Assembly (NCBI GenBank): GCA_025999155.1
Contig: AP026679.1
Location: forward strand, 163,996 to 227,995
DNA length: 64,000 bases
Direction: 5' to 3'
DNA from: Candidatus Dojkabacteria bacterium
GTDB taxonomy: Bacteria > Patescibacteriota > Dojkabacteria > JAOAGR01
Shown in pieces: positions 40,064 to 50,892 of this stretch. A program made the position numbers and the translations under genes. The first letter of the stretch is position 1; the number at the start of each line of letters is the position of its first letter. The notes beneath the pieces were generated by a model. That model was not told the DNA's origin and searched no databases. It worked only from the letters and a program-made list of their open reading frames with translations.

Positions 40064-40546
40064 ATGAAAGTCTCTGTCAATCCTGACAAGCCTACCAATG
40101 TACCGAAACAGTGCGAAGTTTACACAGACGGCGCATGCTCCGGTAATCCAGGGCCGGGAGGATGGTCCGCCATAATAGTCGATGCAAATGGTGTCCAAAA
40201 AATCCTAAAAGGCTCATCTGCTGAAACTACTAATAACCAAATGGAACTTACTGCATTTATAGAAGCACTATCTTACTTAAAAAATAAAAATGTCAAAATA
40301 ACCGTATACTCTGATTCAAAGTATCTTGTAGATGGTATTACTAAATGGTTATCAAATTGGAAAAAACGTAACTGGCAAACATCAGACGGTAAACCTGTGA
40401 AAAATATTGGTTTATGGCAGAAAATAGATACTCTTCTACAAAATAAATTTATTGAGTTAAAATGGGTTAAAGGTCATAGTCACAATCATTATAATGAGTT
40501 AGCAGACAAAATAGCAGTAGAACAAATTCCCAGGAATTTTGACTAA
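40064..40546 (+). CDS. rnhA: ribonuclease HI
   Basis: 160 aa. The N-terminal YTDGACSGNPGPGGWSAII stretch carries the RNase H catalytic DEDD context, with later E and D residues. Confidence 0.85.
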   Translation: MKVSVNPDKPTNVPKQCEVYTDGACSGNPGPGGWSAIIVDANGVQKILKGSSAETTNNQMELTAFIEALSYLKNKNVKITVYSDSKYLVDGITKWLSNWKKRNWQTSDGKPVKNIGLWQKIDTLLQNKFIELKWVKGHSHNHYNELADKIAVEQIPRNFD

Positions 40547-40584
40547 AGAATCAATATATCAGATAATCCTTATGTAACATTAAT

Positions 40585-40659
40585 GACTCCATCGTATAGT
40601 GGTTAGTACATCGCCTTCTCAGGGCGAGAACCGGGGTTCGAATCCCCGTGGAGTCACCA
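40585..40659 (+). tRNA. tRNA-Glu (anticodon CUC)
   Basis: Acceptor GACTCCA/TGGAGTC, D-arm GTAT..GTAC, anticodon stem TCGCC/GGCGA with loop TTCTCAG (anticodon CTC), T-arm CGGGG-TTCGAAT-CCCCG, discriminator A and an encoded CCA. Confidence 0.85.
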
Positions 40660-40947
40660 ACCTTATTTGATTCAACCTGACACTTTATAAAAAGAGGAGA
40701 AGATAGTTATTTATCAGAAAAAGAACTTGTTCAATTAACAAGACGATATACTAATAATTCCCATAAGCCGTATCTGTCATGCAGAGATTGGGATAGATTC
40801 GACTAAACCTTTTAGAATCATCGATCAAAATCAGGAAATTTATAAAGAATTTATAGAATATTATCCAAAATACTTGGTCAAATAGTCAGCAATCTATCTC
40901 CCTGTAGATCCTTGGAGTCAGGATGTATGCGCTTACAATGTATGATA

Positions 40948-41523
40948 CTAATTAGATAAATATATCTTAGTCGCCCAAGGTTGCCAACCTTGTTCGAGAT
41001 ATATTTGCTTTGCTATTGAAATATTAATGTCAGGATTGAGTAATTTACTACAATCACCCTGAACTCTTCTACTATGCCATCTACAATTAATCTGAAATAG
41101 TCCCCAATCATTTGTGGGTGAAATAACATTCGTACGCAGACCGGACTCATACCTTGCGATAATTATGGCTTCATCACAATTCTCTACAAAAACCTGACAG
41201 ATTTTATTTCCTATTTCGCTTTGTGAATATATACCTACCATTGTTTCTTCTGCGGATCCCCGAAAGATTTTATTGGGAATAACAGGTGTATCGACAACCT
41301 CAGGTCTTGCTTGCTCCCTTGGAATATTTTGTGAGAACTGGACGGTAATATCTGGTAATACAAACTTCTTGGTGATTATGATCTCCTCCATATATTTTTT
41401 GTATCCATCACTCTGATTACTTGTACTTGCTCCATAGACAAGCATCGGAGATCTTGCGATCGCTAAAGTATATAGAGATAATACTACGTATAAACAGTAT
41501 TTCAAAACATTCTTACTTGACAT
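40948..41523 (-). CDS. secreted SLT-domain lytic transglycosylase or lysozyme-like protein
   Basis: 191 aa. N-terminal signal peptide. The catalytic-region motif ARYESGLRTNVISPTNDWGLFQIN matches the family-1 lytic transglycosylase pattern E-S-x(n)-G-L-x-Q-I. Confidence 0.55.
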   Translation of the reverse strand: MSSKNVLKYCLYVVLSLYTLAIARSPMLVYGASTSNQSDGYKKYMEEIIITKKFVLPDITVQFSQNIPREQARPEVVDTPVIPNKIFRGSAEETMVGIYSQSEIGNKICQVFVENCDEAIIIARYESGLRTNVISPTNDWGLFQINCRWHSRRVQGDCSKLLNPDINISIAKQIYLEQGWQPWATKIYLSN

Positions 41524-41762
41524 ATGGGAAAAAACGATAAAGAGATTCCTAAAGGAAAAAATTTACACTATATTAATTGTTAGTAACTGTCATAATTTAA
41601 AGCTACTATAAGTACTTAGTTAATAGATTATACAATAAATCTTACAAATTGTCATCAATTGAAGTCTACTTACCTTATCCTCATGTCATAATTTGTTGGA
41701 TATCTATATCGGCGTCAGAACCATGATAATAAAACAAGCAAGAAAACATGATACAATAAGCC

Positions 41763-42041
41763 ATGAAATACTTACTGTTAATATTAATAAAAATCTATCA
41801 ACAAACATTATCATTTGACCATGGTTTTCTTGGACGTTTATTCCCATCCGTACGAGTGTGTAGATATCACCCAAGCTGTTCTCAATATTCATATGAGGCA
41901 ATTCAGGAGTACGGAACATTCATAGGAGGCTTTTTATCAATCAAACGTATTATTAGCTGTAACCCATGGTCACAAGGAGGATACGAACCAGTGAGGAAAT
42001 TAAAATTAGGTAAAATTGCACAGATCCTAACTCGAATATAA
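41763..42041 (+). CDS. yidD: membrane protein insertion efficiency factor YidD
   Basis: 92 aa. The CRYHPSCSQYSYEAIQEYG...RIISCNPWSQGGYEPV stretch matches the YidD consensus CRFxPSCSxY...RxxRCHPxxxGGxDPV. Confidence 0.8.
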   Translation: MKYLLLILIKIYQQTLSFDHGFLGRLFPSVRVCRYHPSCSQYSYEAIQEYGTFIGGFLSIKRIISCNPWSQGGYEPVRKLKLGKIAQILTRI

Positions 42042-42062
42042 TTATAAGCCATTGTATGCTCA

Positions 42063-43457
42063 ATGCTAGACAAACTACGAAAAGCAGACTCTATAATATT
42101 TATCTTTACAAGTTTGTTAACAAACATCGGGTTATTGACCCTTTACTCAATCACACTAACCAATAATGCAATACATGGACATCTCCAGAACGAATTCACT
42201 AATCAGCTAATTTACGGATTCATTGGTTTGGTACTGGCCTTTCTAATATTTTTAATTCCTTTAAATTATCTCCGTATAAAAGGGATTTTATTCGTGTTGT
42301 ACATAATTACCACTGTACTACTTATCTATACTTTAGTTTTTGGTGTTGAGATTAACGGAGTAAAAAGATGGATTAATATCGGTGGAACTGTATTGGAGAA
42401 TGGAACCATCGACGGAGGTATCACGATTCAGGCATCAGAATTTGCAAAGTTAACTTTAATCATGATTGTCTCGTCAATATTGTCTACAAATATCCAGCCA
42501 AGTGAGAGGAAATTCCTTCTGTTTAACAAGATTAAAAAATTTGTGAGCGAACATATACATATACTGTATGCGATCATTGCTGCAGCACTACTGATTGGAC
42601 TAATTTTCGCTCAAAAGTCTCTGAGCGTAGCAATAATCAATGCTTTTATTTTTTCTACCATCTTGTTAAGCAGTATCAAACAAAAAGTAAGATTTATATT
42701 ACTCTGTATATGTTTGATAGGAAGTCTAATTATAAGCCAAAATATTTTCTCTATCACCAATGAATGGAAACTGCTGATGGTCCTAATACTTTTTAGCATC
42801 TACTTACTAAATGTATATTTCAAATTCATTAGCCAATTATATCTCGTTTTGACCCTGATTGCTGGTATAATATCAGGCAGCCTGTTGTTCAACATCTTTT
42901 GGAACAATTTATTACAAGAATATCAAAGAGACAGAGTCGAAGCCTACCTCAGTCCAAACACAAACATACAAGCCGAAGACTATCAACAATATCAATCTAT
43001 TCTATCCATAGGCTCAGGACAAATATTTGGACAACGATTTGCTCAGGCAACAGATAACAGATTACTGCTTTTGCCTGAACCGACTACCGACTTTATATTT
43101 GCCATTTTTAGCTACAAATTCGGATTTGTAGGAGGTTTGATCCTGATATCATTATACACTGTACTGATAGTCAGACTATACTATTTATCAGATACGATGA
43201 ACGATCAATTCTCTAGCCTTGTTTTGGTGGGGATCGGTTCTATGATTATGATTCAGTGTTTTTTTAATATTGGTATGAATTTAGGTTTATTACCTGTAGG
43301 AGGTACTACATTACCTTTTGTAAGTGCTGGGGGGTCCTCATTAATATCCATGATGATAGCAATAGGTCTAGCTGAAAATATAATAGCTTCTAATAGACTA
43401 GAGAAAACAACTCTCCAGCGTAATGATAAAATACTCATAGAGGGTTGGAATCTATAA
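42063..43457 (+). CDS. SEDS-family peptidoglycan glycosyltransferase (FtsW/RodA)
   Basis: 464 aa, about 10 TM helices. Conserved LPEPTTDFIFAIF and GLLPVGGTTLPFVSAGGSSL motifs of FtsW/RodA/SpoVE. Begins 21 nt after yidD. Confidence 0.75.
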   Translation: MLDKLRKADSIIFIFTSLLTNIGLLTLYSITLTNNAIHGHLQNEFTNQLIYGFIGLVLAFLIFLIPLNYLRIKGILFVLYIITTVLLIYTLVFGVEINGVKRWINIGGTVLENGTIDGGITIQASEFAKLTLIMIVSSILSTNIQPSERKFLLFNKIKKFVSEHIHILYAIIAAALLIGLIFAQKSLSVAIINAFIFSTILLSSIKQKVRFILLCICLIGSLIISQNIFSITNEWKLLMVLILFSIYLLNVYFKFISQLYLVLTLIAGIISGSLLFNIFWNNLLQEYQRDRVEAYLSPNTNIQAEDYQQYQSILSIGSGQIFGQRFAQATDNRLLLLPEPTTDFIFAIFSYKFGFVGGLILISLYTVLIVRLYYLSDTMNDQFSSLVLVGIGSMIMIQCFFNIGMNLGLLPVGGTTLPFVSAGGSSLISMMIAIGLAENIIASNRLEKTTLQRNDKILIEGWNL

Positions 43458-43464
43458 CACAATC

Positions 43465-44130
43465 CTAACTCTTATGTTCTAGTATAATTGAGTCTTTTGT
43501 CACAACAACATAAAACACTCTATCCCTGTCAGTGGCATTTTGACCTGCACTAGAAATAAAAGCACTCTGTACTAGCCAGTTAAAATTCTCGGAGTATTTG
43601 GAAAAATCTTCGATAAAAGTGTCGGGGCCCCCATTAAGATCGATAGCCTTAGCTTTGAAATTCTGACGGTCCGAAAGCTGATTAAAATCCGATCGTATTC
43701 GATAGACTTTATAAACAGGGCTAATATTTAACAATGATACCCAGTTCTGCCACCTAATGAAGTTAGCATCGATGAATACCTGATCGCCAGGCAATTCTAA
43801 CTCTAGAGTACTAACATCTGCTTGTCTTGGTAAAAAAGATAAAGCAGGATTTTCATCAAAAGGCACATAACGAACTCTTATGGTTGGGACCCCATCTTTG
43901 ATTATCTTTCTTGAAATATGCAACTCTGCAATAACTTGTTCTGCTGTCAATGCTTTGTAAGTATATAGCCAACCAGAAAATGCTAAAAAAGAACCTACGA
44001 AAATGAAAAGAGTGAGCACAACAATAACGCTAACTAATAACTCAAGAATATTTAAATGGGGGACTTTTGTTTTAGGCTTGATGACCTTTTGCACTGTCGC
44101 AGGTCGAGCAATCATATTTTGAGCATTCAT
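43465..44130 (-). CDS. hypothetical membrane-anchored protein
   Basis: 221 aa. Basic N-terminus, one TM helix and an extracytoplasmic domain with no recognised motif. Confidence 0.4.
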   Translation of the reverse strand: MNAQNMIARPATVQKVIKPKTKVPHLNILELLVSVIVVLTLFIFVGSFLAFSGWLYTYKALTAEQVIAELHISRKIIKDGVPTIRVRYVPFDENPALSFLPRQADVSTLELELPGDQVFIDANFIRWQNWVSLLNISPVYKVYRIRSDFNQLSDRQNFKAKAIDLNGGPDTFIEDFSKYSENFNWLVQSAFISSAGQNATDRDRVFYVVVTKDSIILEHKS

Positions 44131-44137
44131 TTCGTTT

Positions 44138-45082
44138 TTAACTTCTTACTAACTTAAGAGTAGACAAATTTATCTTTCCTTCAATATAAATCTTCTTTGC
44201 TTTTTGTTCAAAATCTTCCGTCTCATAAATATTGTTATCTAGTTTCGTCAATCCAACCAAGTCCGTCTGTGAAAGAATAGAATCTACTGTCACTCTAATC
44301 CCGATATCTTTATCAACTTTTATATACATTCGAGATGTAGAAACATCGAGGTTGATTTTTAGATCATTATCGATGGTACCGTGCTCAATATTGATTGTCG
44401 CTGACGATGCTCTCACCAACCTAAGTTGTAAATTCTTAACGATATAATACCCCAAATCAGCATCTAAAGTGGATGATGATATATCGAAATCGATATTCCA
44501 TTTCGGCTTAGGATTCAGTTTGAGATCCAAGGAGTTTTTTTCAGAAATTATTTTCCAAGGAAATCTCTCTGAGTCAAAACGAATATCCACAGTTACAATA
44601 CCATTTTTTTCAGATTGAGTATAAATATATTCACCAAAAGTAGTCTTAGTATCATACTCTGTCAACGCATTTGTAGTCCCACGTAAATAAAAATCTCCTT
44701 TTTCGGCTTTAAAGACTAAATTTGCACGATCAATATCTTTTACAACATTGTCTTTACTTGATGTAAAATTGATACTCGGATTTACTTTACTCTGTTTATC
44801 GACATTTATTTTCGGTAAAAAAGGCAGGCTCTTACTATAAACAACGAGCAAAGAGAATAACACAAGCCCTACAAAAAAACCATTAATCGCCGTTATGATG
44901 TATGTAATTTTCCTACCTTTGAATAATATATATAAACCAATTAGTATTAAAATTATAGGCCAAAATAATAATGTAGTAGCAAAATTCATCCATGATAAAA
45001 GATAAAAATTGCTCAATAGAAACAAAAGCCCAACTGTAAGCAGAATGGTAAAAGCACCAAGATACCTATGACGCATTTGCAT
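44138..45082 (-). CDS. hypothetical membrane protein
   Basis: 314 aa. Three N-terminal TM helices followed by a predicted beta-rich soluble domain. Lies 7 nt upstream of the gene at 43465-44130. Confidence 0.4.
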   Translation of the reverse strand: MQMRHRYLGAFTILLTVGLLFLLSNFYLLSWMNFATTLLFWPIILILIGLYILFKGRKITYIITAINGFFVGLVLFSLLVVYSKSLPFLPKINVDKQSKVNPSINFTSSKDNVVKDIDRANLVFKAEKGDFYLRGTTNALTEYDTKTTFGEYIYTQSEKNGIVTVDIRFDSERFPWKIISEKNSLDLKLNPKPKWNIDFDISSSTLDADLGYYIVKNLQLRLVRASSATINIEHGTIDNDLKINLDVSTSRMYIKVDKDIGIRVTVDSILSQTDLVGLTKLDNNIYETEDFEQKAKKIYIEGKINLSTLKLVRS

Positions 45083-45280
45083 ATTTTAATTGTAACAATA
45101 AAAATGAGTTATTTCGAGTCAAGGCATCCTGTGAATCACATATCGTTATTTCCGCAAGTCAAATAAAAAGATACTAAATATACAAACTTAGAAAACAGGT
45201 TTTTTTTGAATTGATCTAGTCTTTGCATAAAAGATCTTTACAAAGACATTAATTTACAGCCAGCTATTAAATATTATATT

Positions 45281-47479
45281 TTGCTTTATAATCAAAAAAT
45301 GGATTATTCACACATAAAATTAATAGAAGACCTTCCTATCAGTAAATACGAAGCCCAAATAGCGTCAGAATTAAGAAAACAAGGGAATCTTATTATAATA
45401 GGAGAAACTGGATCAGGTAAAACAACCCAAATCCCATTAATTCTTTTAAAAGAACTTTCCCAGTTTCAAGATTTAACAATGGGTAAAATTGCAATTACGG
45501 AACCACGCCGAATCGCAGCAACATCAGTAGCTAGCTATGTAGCTCAATTAATAGGAGAGAATTTGGGTCAAACCATAGGGTATAAAATCCGTTTTAACCA
45601 GATCACATCAGACTCAACAAAAGTCATCTTTATGACAGATGGTATTTTATTGAGAGAAATCCAATTAGATCCCTTACTTCTCAATTATTCTGTTGTTATG
45701 GTTGACGAAGCGCATGAACGTAATATAAATTCGGACTTTTTAATAGGACTTTTAGTCGATATACAGCAACAGCGTACAGAACAAGAATTAGTTCCTCTTA
45801 AAATCATTGTTACCTCTGCTACTCTTGAAAAAGATAAATTTATAGATTTTTTTCATAAAGAAAGTAGGGAAGAACTATCCATTATCGAGGTACCTGGAAA
45901 GTTATTTAATGTGACAAGTTTCTACGAAAGAAAGGAAGTTTATGATTATACTAAAAGAGCAGCAGAAATAGTCCAAGACATATGCACCAACAATAGCAAA
46001 ACACGAAGAACATATTTGCAAGGAGTTACAATACCGCAAAACGGGGACATACTAATATTCATGCCAGGTAAAGGAGAAATCGAAAGGACAAAAATGGCTT
46101 TATTAGGTTTAAAAAACTTTGCAGATATGAATCTCGATGTAATTACTATACATGGTGATTTACCCATAGAAGAACAAAATAAAATATTTAAACAGACAAG
46201 TAAAAGAAAAGTAGTCATAGCTACAAATATTGCTGAGACTTCGCTTACTGTACCTGGTATAGTTTTTGTGATCGATTCAGGGCTAATAAAGGTAATGGAA
46301 TTTAATCCTCATGCTGGAATAAATTCTTTAATCACAAAGCCTCATGCCCAAAAAGGTTTAGAACAGAGAAAAGGTAGAGCAGGAAGAATTTGTGAAGGCT
46401 TTTATTTCGGTTTATATACAGAACAATCATTAAAATTAAGGCCAGAATTTCCAGAACCAGAAATACTTAGATCTTCTCTCACCCAAGTAATCTTAGTCAT
46501 GAAACGAATAGGTATTAATAACATTTATAATTTCAAGTTTATAGACCATCCAGACGATAAAAATATCACGGCCTCAATATTAGAATTAAAAAGACTAGGA
46601 GCTTTAGACAGAAATGAGAACATCACAACGAAAGGCATCACTATGGCCAGTCTGCCAATAGAACCCAGACTAGCAAACCTCATACTTGAAGCTCATGAAA
46701 ATTATTGTGTAGAAACCATTTGTACAATAGCTTCTTTTCTCGAATTGAAGCCTGTATTTCTGCAATTAACAGAAGAAGAGATATATAAAAATCTTATTAA
46801 CGAAAAGTTATCTGAATTAGAAGGAGAAAATGATATCAGCAGTTTATCTGAAGACATTTTGTATGCGCTAAAAGAACATAGTGTAAGAATTTTTGAGGAA
46901 TATCAAAGAGCTTATAAAAAATTTGTACATAAAAGTTCAGATTTATTTACTCTCCTGAATATTTTTAACTCATGGATCCAAAATGAAAAACGGCCCGAGT
47001 GGGCAATATCTAATTTTTTATCCATTGAAACTCTAGATGAAGCAACAAATATAAGAGAAGAGTTGTTAGATATAGCTAAACAAAATAATTTAGGAGATAG
47101 AGATAAAAATACATCAAACTGGAAGAATCGAGTAGAAAAAACTCTAGTATCAGCATTTAAATTTAATTTACTTGCTAGGCAAACAAATGGCTTGTATAGA
47201 AATTTAGTGACTAAAGAAAAAAATATTCGTATTCATAATTCTAGTGTATTATCCGGATCTAAACCCAAGTATGCTATCGCATTTGAAATAATAGAAATTC
47301 AAGATATAGATTCAAAACCTAAATTAAGTGCAAAATTCTTACATGCATTAGATGATCTAAAGTTAAAGTTGTATTTTCCTAAGCTTTATAAGCAAGAACT
47401 AAAGCAGCAAAAACTCAGCAAAAGGCATAAGAAACTAAGGTTCAAAAACAAAAGAATGTACCGTAAATATTATCGATAA
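45281..47479 (+). CDS. DEAH-box ATP-dependent RNA helicase (HrpA/HrpB-like)
   Basis: 732 aa. Walker A GETGSGKTTQIP, DEAH box VDEAHERN, a helicase C-terminal domain and HA2-like region, and a KR-rich C-terminal tail. Confidence 0.75.
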   Translation: MLYNQKMDYSHIKLIEDLPISKYEAQIASELRKQGNLIIIGETGSGKTTQIPLILLKELSQFQDLTMGKIAITEPRRIAATSVASYVAQLIGENLGQTIGYKIRFNQITSDSTKVIFMTDGILLREIQLDPLLLNYSVVMVDEAHERNINSDFLIGLLVDIQQQRTEQELVPLKIIVTSATLEKDKFIDFFHKESREELSIIEVPGKLFNVTSFYERKEVYDYTKRAAEIVQDICTNNSKTRRTYLQGVTIPQNGDILIFMPGKGEIERTKMALLGLKNFADMNLDVITIHGDLPIEEQNKIFKQTSKRKVVIATNIAETSLTVPGIVFVIDSGLIKVMEFNPHAGINSLITKPHAQKGLEQRKGRAGRICEGFYFGLYTEQSLKLRPEFPEPEILRSSLTQVILVMKRIGINNIYNFKFIDHPDDKNITASILELKRLGALDRNENITTKGITMASLPIEPRLANLILEAHENYCVETICTIASFLELKPVFLQLTEEEIYKNLINEKLSELEGENDISSLSEDILYALKEHSVRIFEEYQRAYKKFVHKSSDLFTLLNIFNSWIQNEKRPEWAISNFLSIETLDEATNIREELLDIAKQNNLGDRDKNTSNWKNRVEKTLVSAFKFNLLARQTNGLYRNLVTKEKNIRIHNSSVLSGSKPKYAIAFEIIEIQDIDSKPKLSAKFLHALDDLKLKLYFPKLYKQELKQQKLSKRHKKLRFKNKRMYRKYYR

Positions 47480-47482
47480 AAT

Positions 47483-48775
47483 TTAGCTTGGTAACGGGAA
47501 ATTCCTAACGTACTCCCGTACTTCATCCCTTAATAGTTGTATTTGTCGTTCATCATGACGAATGTCTACTACGTGACGAATCCATTTGGCGATTTGTAGC
47601 ATACTGTCTTCTTTCATACCACGTGTGGTAATGGCAGGTGTACCTATACGTAGGCCGGAAGGATCAAATGGAGATCTTGTGTCATCCGGGACCATACTTT
47701 TACTTGCTGTCAAACCAATCTTATCAAGTAAAACCTCTAACTCACCACCTGATAACCCGAAAGAGGCAATAGCGTCTATAATCATCATATGATTCTCCGT
47801 ACCTCCAGTAACTAATTTAAAACCTAAGTTTGTTAATTCCTGAGCTAATACTTTAGCATTACGCATTACCTGTTTTGCATACTCTTTGAATTCGGGTTGT
47901 AAAGCTTCTTGAAATGCTACTGCTTTTGCAAAAATAATATTCATCAAAGGACCGCCTTGTAAACCTGGAAAAACAGTACGATCAATAAGAGTAGGGAGGT
48001 TTTCTACCTTTTTTTCAACATTTTTAAGAGGATTAGATACAACCCCTTTTGTCAAAATCATACCTCCTCTAGGACCTCTCAGAGTTTTGTGTGTCGTCGT
48101 AGAAACTATTTGAAACCCATAATCAAAAGGATTTCGCATTTCCCCTGCAGCTACTAAGCCGGCAATATGAGCAATATCTGCCCAAGCTACAGCACCGACC
48201 TCATCGGCAACAGATTTTACAAAACCGTAATCTATATCTCGTGTATATGCTGAGTATCCTACTAGAATAAGCTTTGGTTGATTTTTAAGTGCTATATCTC
48301 GAAGCTGATTATAGTCGATATCTCCTGTTTCTGTATCAATTCCATACCTTACAAAATTAAATAATTTTGCTAATTTAGTCACCGGGCTACCATGAGTCAA
48401 ATGACCACCATGATCCAAGCGCATTCCTAAAACAGTGTCACCCGGCTCAAGCCAACTGAAGTATACGGCAGTATTGGCAATCGCCCCTGACAATGGTTGT
48501 ACATTAGCATGATCACACTTGAATAAAGTTTTAGCTCTTTCTATAGCAATAGTCTCAATTTGATCAGTATTTTCTTGCCCTCCATAATATCTTTTACCTG
48601 GATATCCTTCGGAATACTTATTAGTAAATACAGTACCTAATGCTTCCAATACAGCTGTACTAACATAATTTTCTGAAGCTATGAGCTCTAAACCATCCGA
48701 TTGTCTTCTTACTTCAGCTTGCAAAATATTAAATAATAAAGGGTCAATTTTTCTTAATGATTTATAATCAATCAT
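47483..48775 (-). CDS. glyA: serine hydroxymethyltransferase
   Basis: 430 aa. The VTSTTHKTLRGPRGGMIL stretch contains the PLP-binding lysine context, with GHLTHG and the overall SHMT pattern. Confidence 0.9.
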   Translation of the reverse strand: MIDYKSLRKIDPLLFNILQAEVRRQSDGLELIASENYVSTAVLEALGTVFTNKYSEGYPGKRYYGGQENTDQIETIAIERAKTLFKCDHANVQPLSGAIANTAVYFSWLEPGDTVLGMRLDHGGHLTHGSPVTKLAKLFNFVRYGIDTETGDIDYNQLRDIALKNQPKLILVGYSAYTRDIDYGFVKSVADEVGAVAWADIAHIAGLVAAGEMRNPFDYGFQIVSTTTHKTLRGPRGGMILTKGVVSNPLKNVEKKVENLPTLIDRTVFPGLQGGPLMNIIFAKAVAFQEALQPEFKEYAKQVMRNAKVLAQELTNLGFKLVTGGTENHMMIIDAIASFGLSGGELEVLLDKIGLTASKSMVPDDTRSPFDPSGLRIGTPAITTRGMKEDSMLQIAKWIRHVVDIRHDERQIQLLRDEVREYVRNFPLPS

Positions 48776-49037
48776 TATTGTTCTCTTTACGAATGTAAGT
48801 CTCTAATTGATTAACCTTGTTATCAAGTTCAATTAACATGGAACCTAAATAAATAATACTAGCTAATAATCCAATTAAAACCAATCCTATCACTAACTCT
48901 AATGTAATCAATGGACCTGTGACAAAGTAAGTTATACAACTAACTACAATTAATGTAACTAATAGAACGAAATGAAACTTGTAAACCTTTTTAAACTTTT
49001 TTACAATCTCTCTACTAGCTGTCATCGGCATTAACAT
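48768..49037 (-). CDS. small membrane protein, hypothetical
   Basis: 89 aa with two TM helices. Its stop overlaps the glyA start by 8 nt. Confidence 0.35.
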   Translation of the reverse strand: MLMPMTASREIVKKFKKVYKFHFVLLVTLIVVSCITYFVTGPLITLELVIGLVLIGLLASIIYLGSMLIELDNKVNQLETYIRKENNND

Positions 49038-49143
49038 TTATTATTCACCATAGATTGTATATAATCCTGCTATCAAAATAAACTCATCGAATGAAAACAA
49101 TAGTCTTTTCATCTTTATACTTTAATGAAAGGTCTATATTATC

Positions 49144-50256
49144 ATGTTGAAGTTGTACACCATCTGTGTTTCTATAATTGGGTTGATTTTTACTTCAGGA
49201 TTCTCATATTTGGTATACCAGGAAACAAAATACACAAAACCAAACCATATCGCCATAACAGCATTTACAGAGAATATTAAATTCCCACAAACATTCATAA
49301 AAGAAGTAAAACTTAAAGATATTGTTAGTTTAGAAAATGAAAATGTGAAATACCATGGTTGGATTCCTACTTGGGCACTTGAAGCTGGGCTTAAATCTTT
49401 AGAAGAAAATAAAAGTAAGTTTGCAACAGTCAGTCCGGTTTTATATATTATCCAAGAAGACGGAAGTATCGATGCAAACACATCATCCATTAATAAAATA
49501 AAAAACACTATTAAGAATACAGATATCAAATTAATACCCACTATATCGTCTTTTGACCCTGATGGACTACGAATTAATTTATCGAATATGGAATTTTACA
49601 ATAATTTTGTATTAGAACAAGTAGATACATTTGGCTTTGATGGTATAGATCTAAATTACGAATTAATCTATCAAGCAGATAAAGAGAATTTTTTTGAGCA
49701 TATTAAAAAACTCTCAGAAGAACTCCGCAATCGTGGTAAGGTTCTGTACGTAACTGTATTATCAAAATGGGGAGATCATATAGAATATGGTTTTGCATCA
49801 GAAACAAGAAATGTACATGACTACAGTCGCATAGCCCAATACGCCCAACAAATACGTATCATGACATACGACTTTACTTCCCAAGGAAGTGGTAAACCTG
49901 GCCCTATCGCTCCTATAGAATGGGTCGAGCAAGTATTAACATATGCTGTCAATCGTGTTAATCCTGAACAAATAGCCTTAGGCATACATCTTTACGGCTA
50001 TTTCTGGAGTCCTGGACAAAATACGATGGCCTTGGATTATAGAGATATATCTCAAGTACGTAATCTATACGCGGATCCTGATTATTTTTTTAGTAGCAAA
50101 CATCAAGAAGCCGCATTACTATACACTGATCTTAATGGCAAAACCTATTTTGGTTATTACTCTGATCCCCATACTATCAAGGCTCGCATAAATTTAGCTG
50201 CGAGATTTGGAGTACAGAATGTAGTGTTCTGGAGACTTGGTGATGATCCTTTATAG
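49144..50256 (+). CDS. GH18-family glycoside hydrolase-like protein (chitinase or peptidoglycan-hydrolase type) with a variant catalytic motif
   Basis: 370 aa with an N-terminal TM anchor. Has FDGIDLNYE, where canonical GH18 has DGxDxDWE and the third Asp is Asn here, plus the MTYDF (MxYD) motif. Confidence 0.5.
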   Translation: MLKLYTICVSIIGLIFTSGFSYLVYQETKYTKPNHIAITAFTENIKFPQTFIKEVKLKDIVSLENENVKYHGWIPTWALEAGLKSLEENKSKFATVSPVLYIIQEDGSIDANTSSINKIKNTIKNTDIKLIPTISSFDPDGLRINLSNMEFYNNFVLEQVDTFGFDGIDLNYELIYQADKENFFEHIKKLSEELRNRGKVLYVTVLSKWGDHIEYGFASETRNVHDYSRIAQYAQQIRIMTYDFTSQGSGKPGPIAPIEWVEQVLTYAVNRVNPEQIALGIHLYGYFWSPGQNTMALDYRDISQVRNLYADPDYFFSSKHQEAALLYTDLNGKTYFGYYSDPHTIKARINLAARFGVQNVVFWRLGDDPL

Positions 50257-50328
50257 ATCCACTTTTAATAGTTATATCACCTACATACAAGCATTTTAAT
50301 ATCCCATAACTCTATGATATAATATAAT

Positions 50329-50850
50329 ATGAAATTCTTCACGGCATTAGCTGTATATTTTTTATGTATAAATATTTACTTCTGGTCGTTAGTATTTTTA
50401 TTTGGAGTCCCAAGAATATATAGTACAGAACTAATATTAAATAATTCTGCCGAATACGCTTTGAGTTTAGGCGTAAATAGGGAAGAAGCAGCTCAAGCAT
50501 ACATAAAAGGAGAGAAATACATCTTCTCACAAGATATCAAAACAAAACATCAAAGTATTATGCTGCTAACAGTAATCTCATCATTTATATCGATTATATC
50601 CATAATTATAATGTTTTATAAAAAAAGTTACCTTACTTTTCCAATGATCACTGCTATTGTCTCAGCAGTATGCATGTATACAATTTTATGGCTGTTTCCT
50701 AATACACTTCCACAATCTATATATCTTGATATTGCGGATATTGTAAATAACAATCCAGGTATCCTCGCATTACGTCACATCGGAGTTTATATAGTCTTAT
50801 TAGTGATAATCATAATCTTTACAAATTGGTACAGATTACACGAAAGATAA
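50329..50850 (+). CDS. hypothetical integral membrane protein
   Basis: 173 aa with four predicted TM helices. Confidence 0.4.
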   Translation: MKFFTALAVYFLCINIYFWSLVFLFGVPRIYSTELILNNSAEYALSLGVNREEAAQAYIKGEKYIFSQDIKTKHQSIMLLTVISSFISIISIIIMFYKKSYLTFPMITAIVSAVCMYTILWLFPNTLPQSIYLDIADIVNNNPGILALRHIGVYIVLLVIIIIFTNWYRLHER

Positions 50851-50892
50851 TCAGTTCATAAAATCTTGCTCAATATTGTAACAGATTCTTTA

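Noticed and set aside
40660-40947. Region downstream of tRNA-Glu examined for a prophage or integrative element.
   Set aside because: No integrase or other mobile gene. The direct repeat of the tRNA 3' end is only 8 nt, which is consistent with chance.
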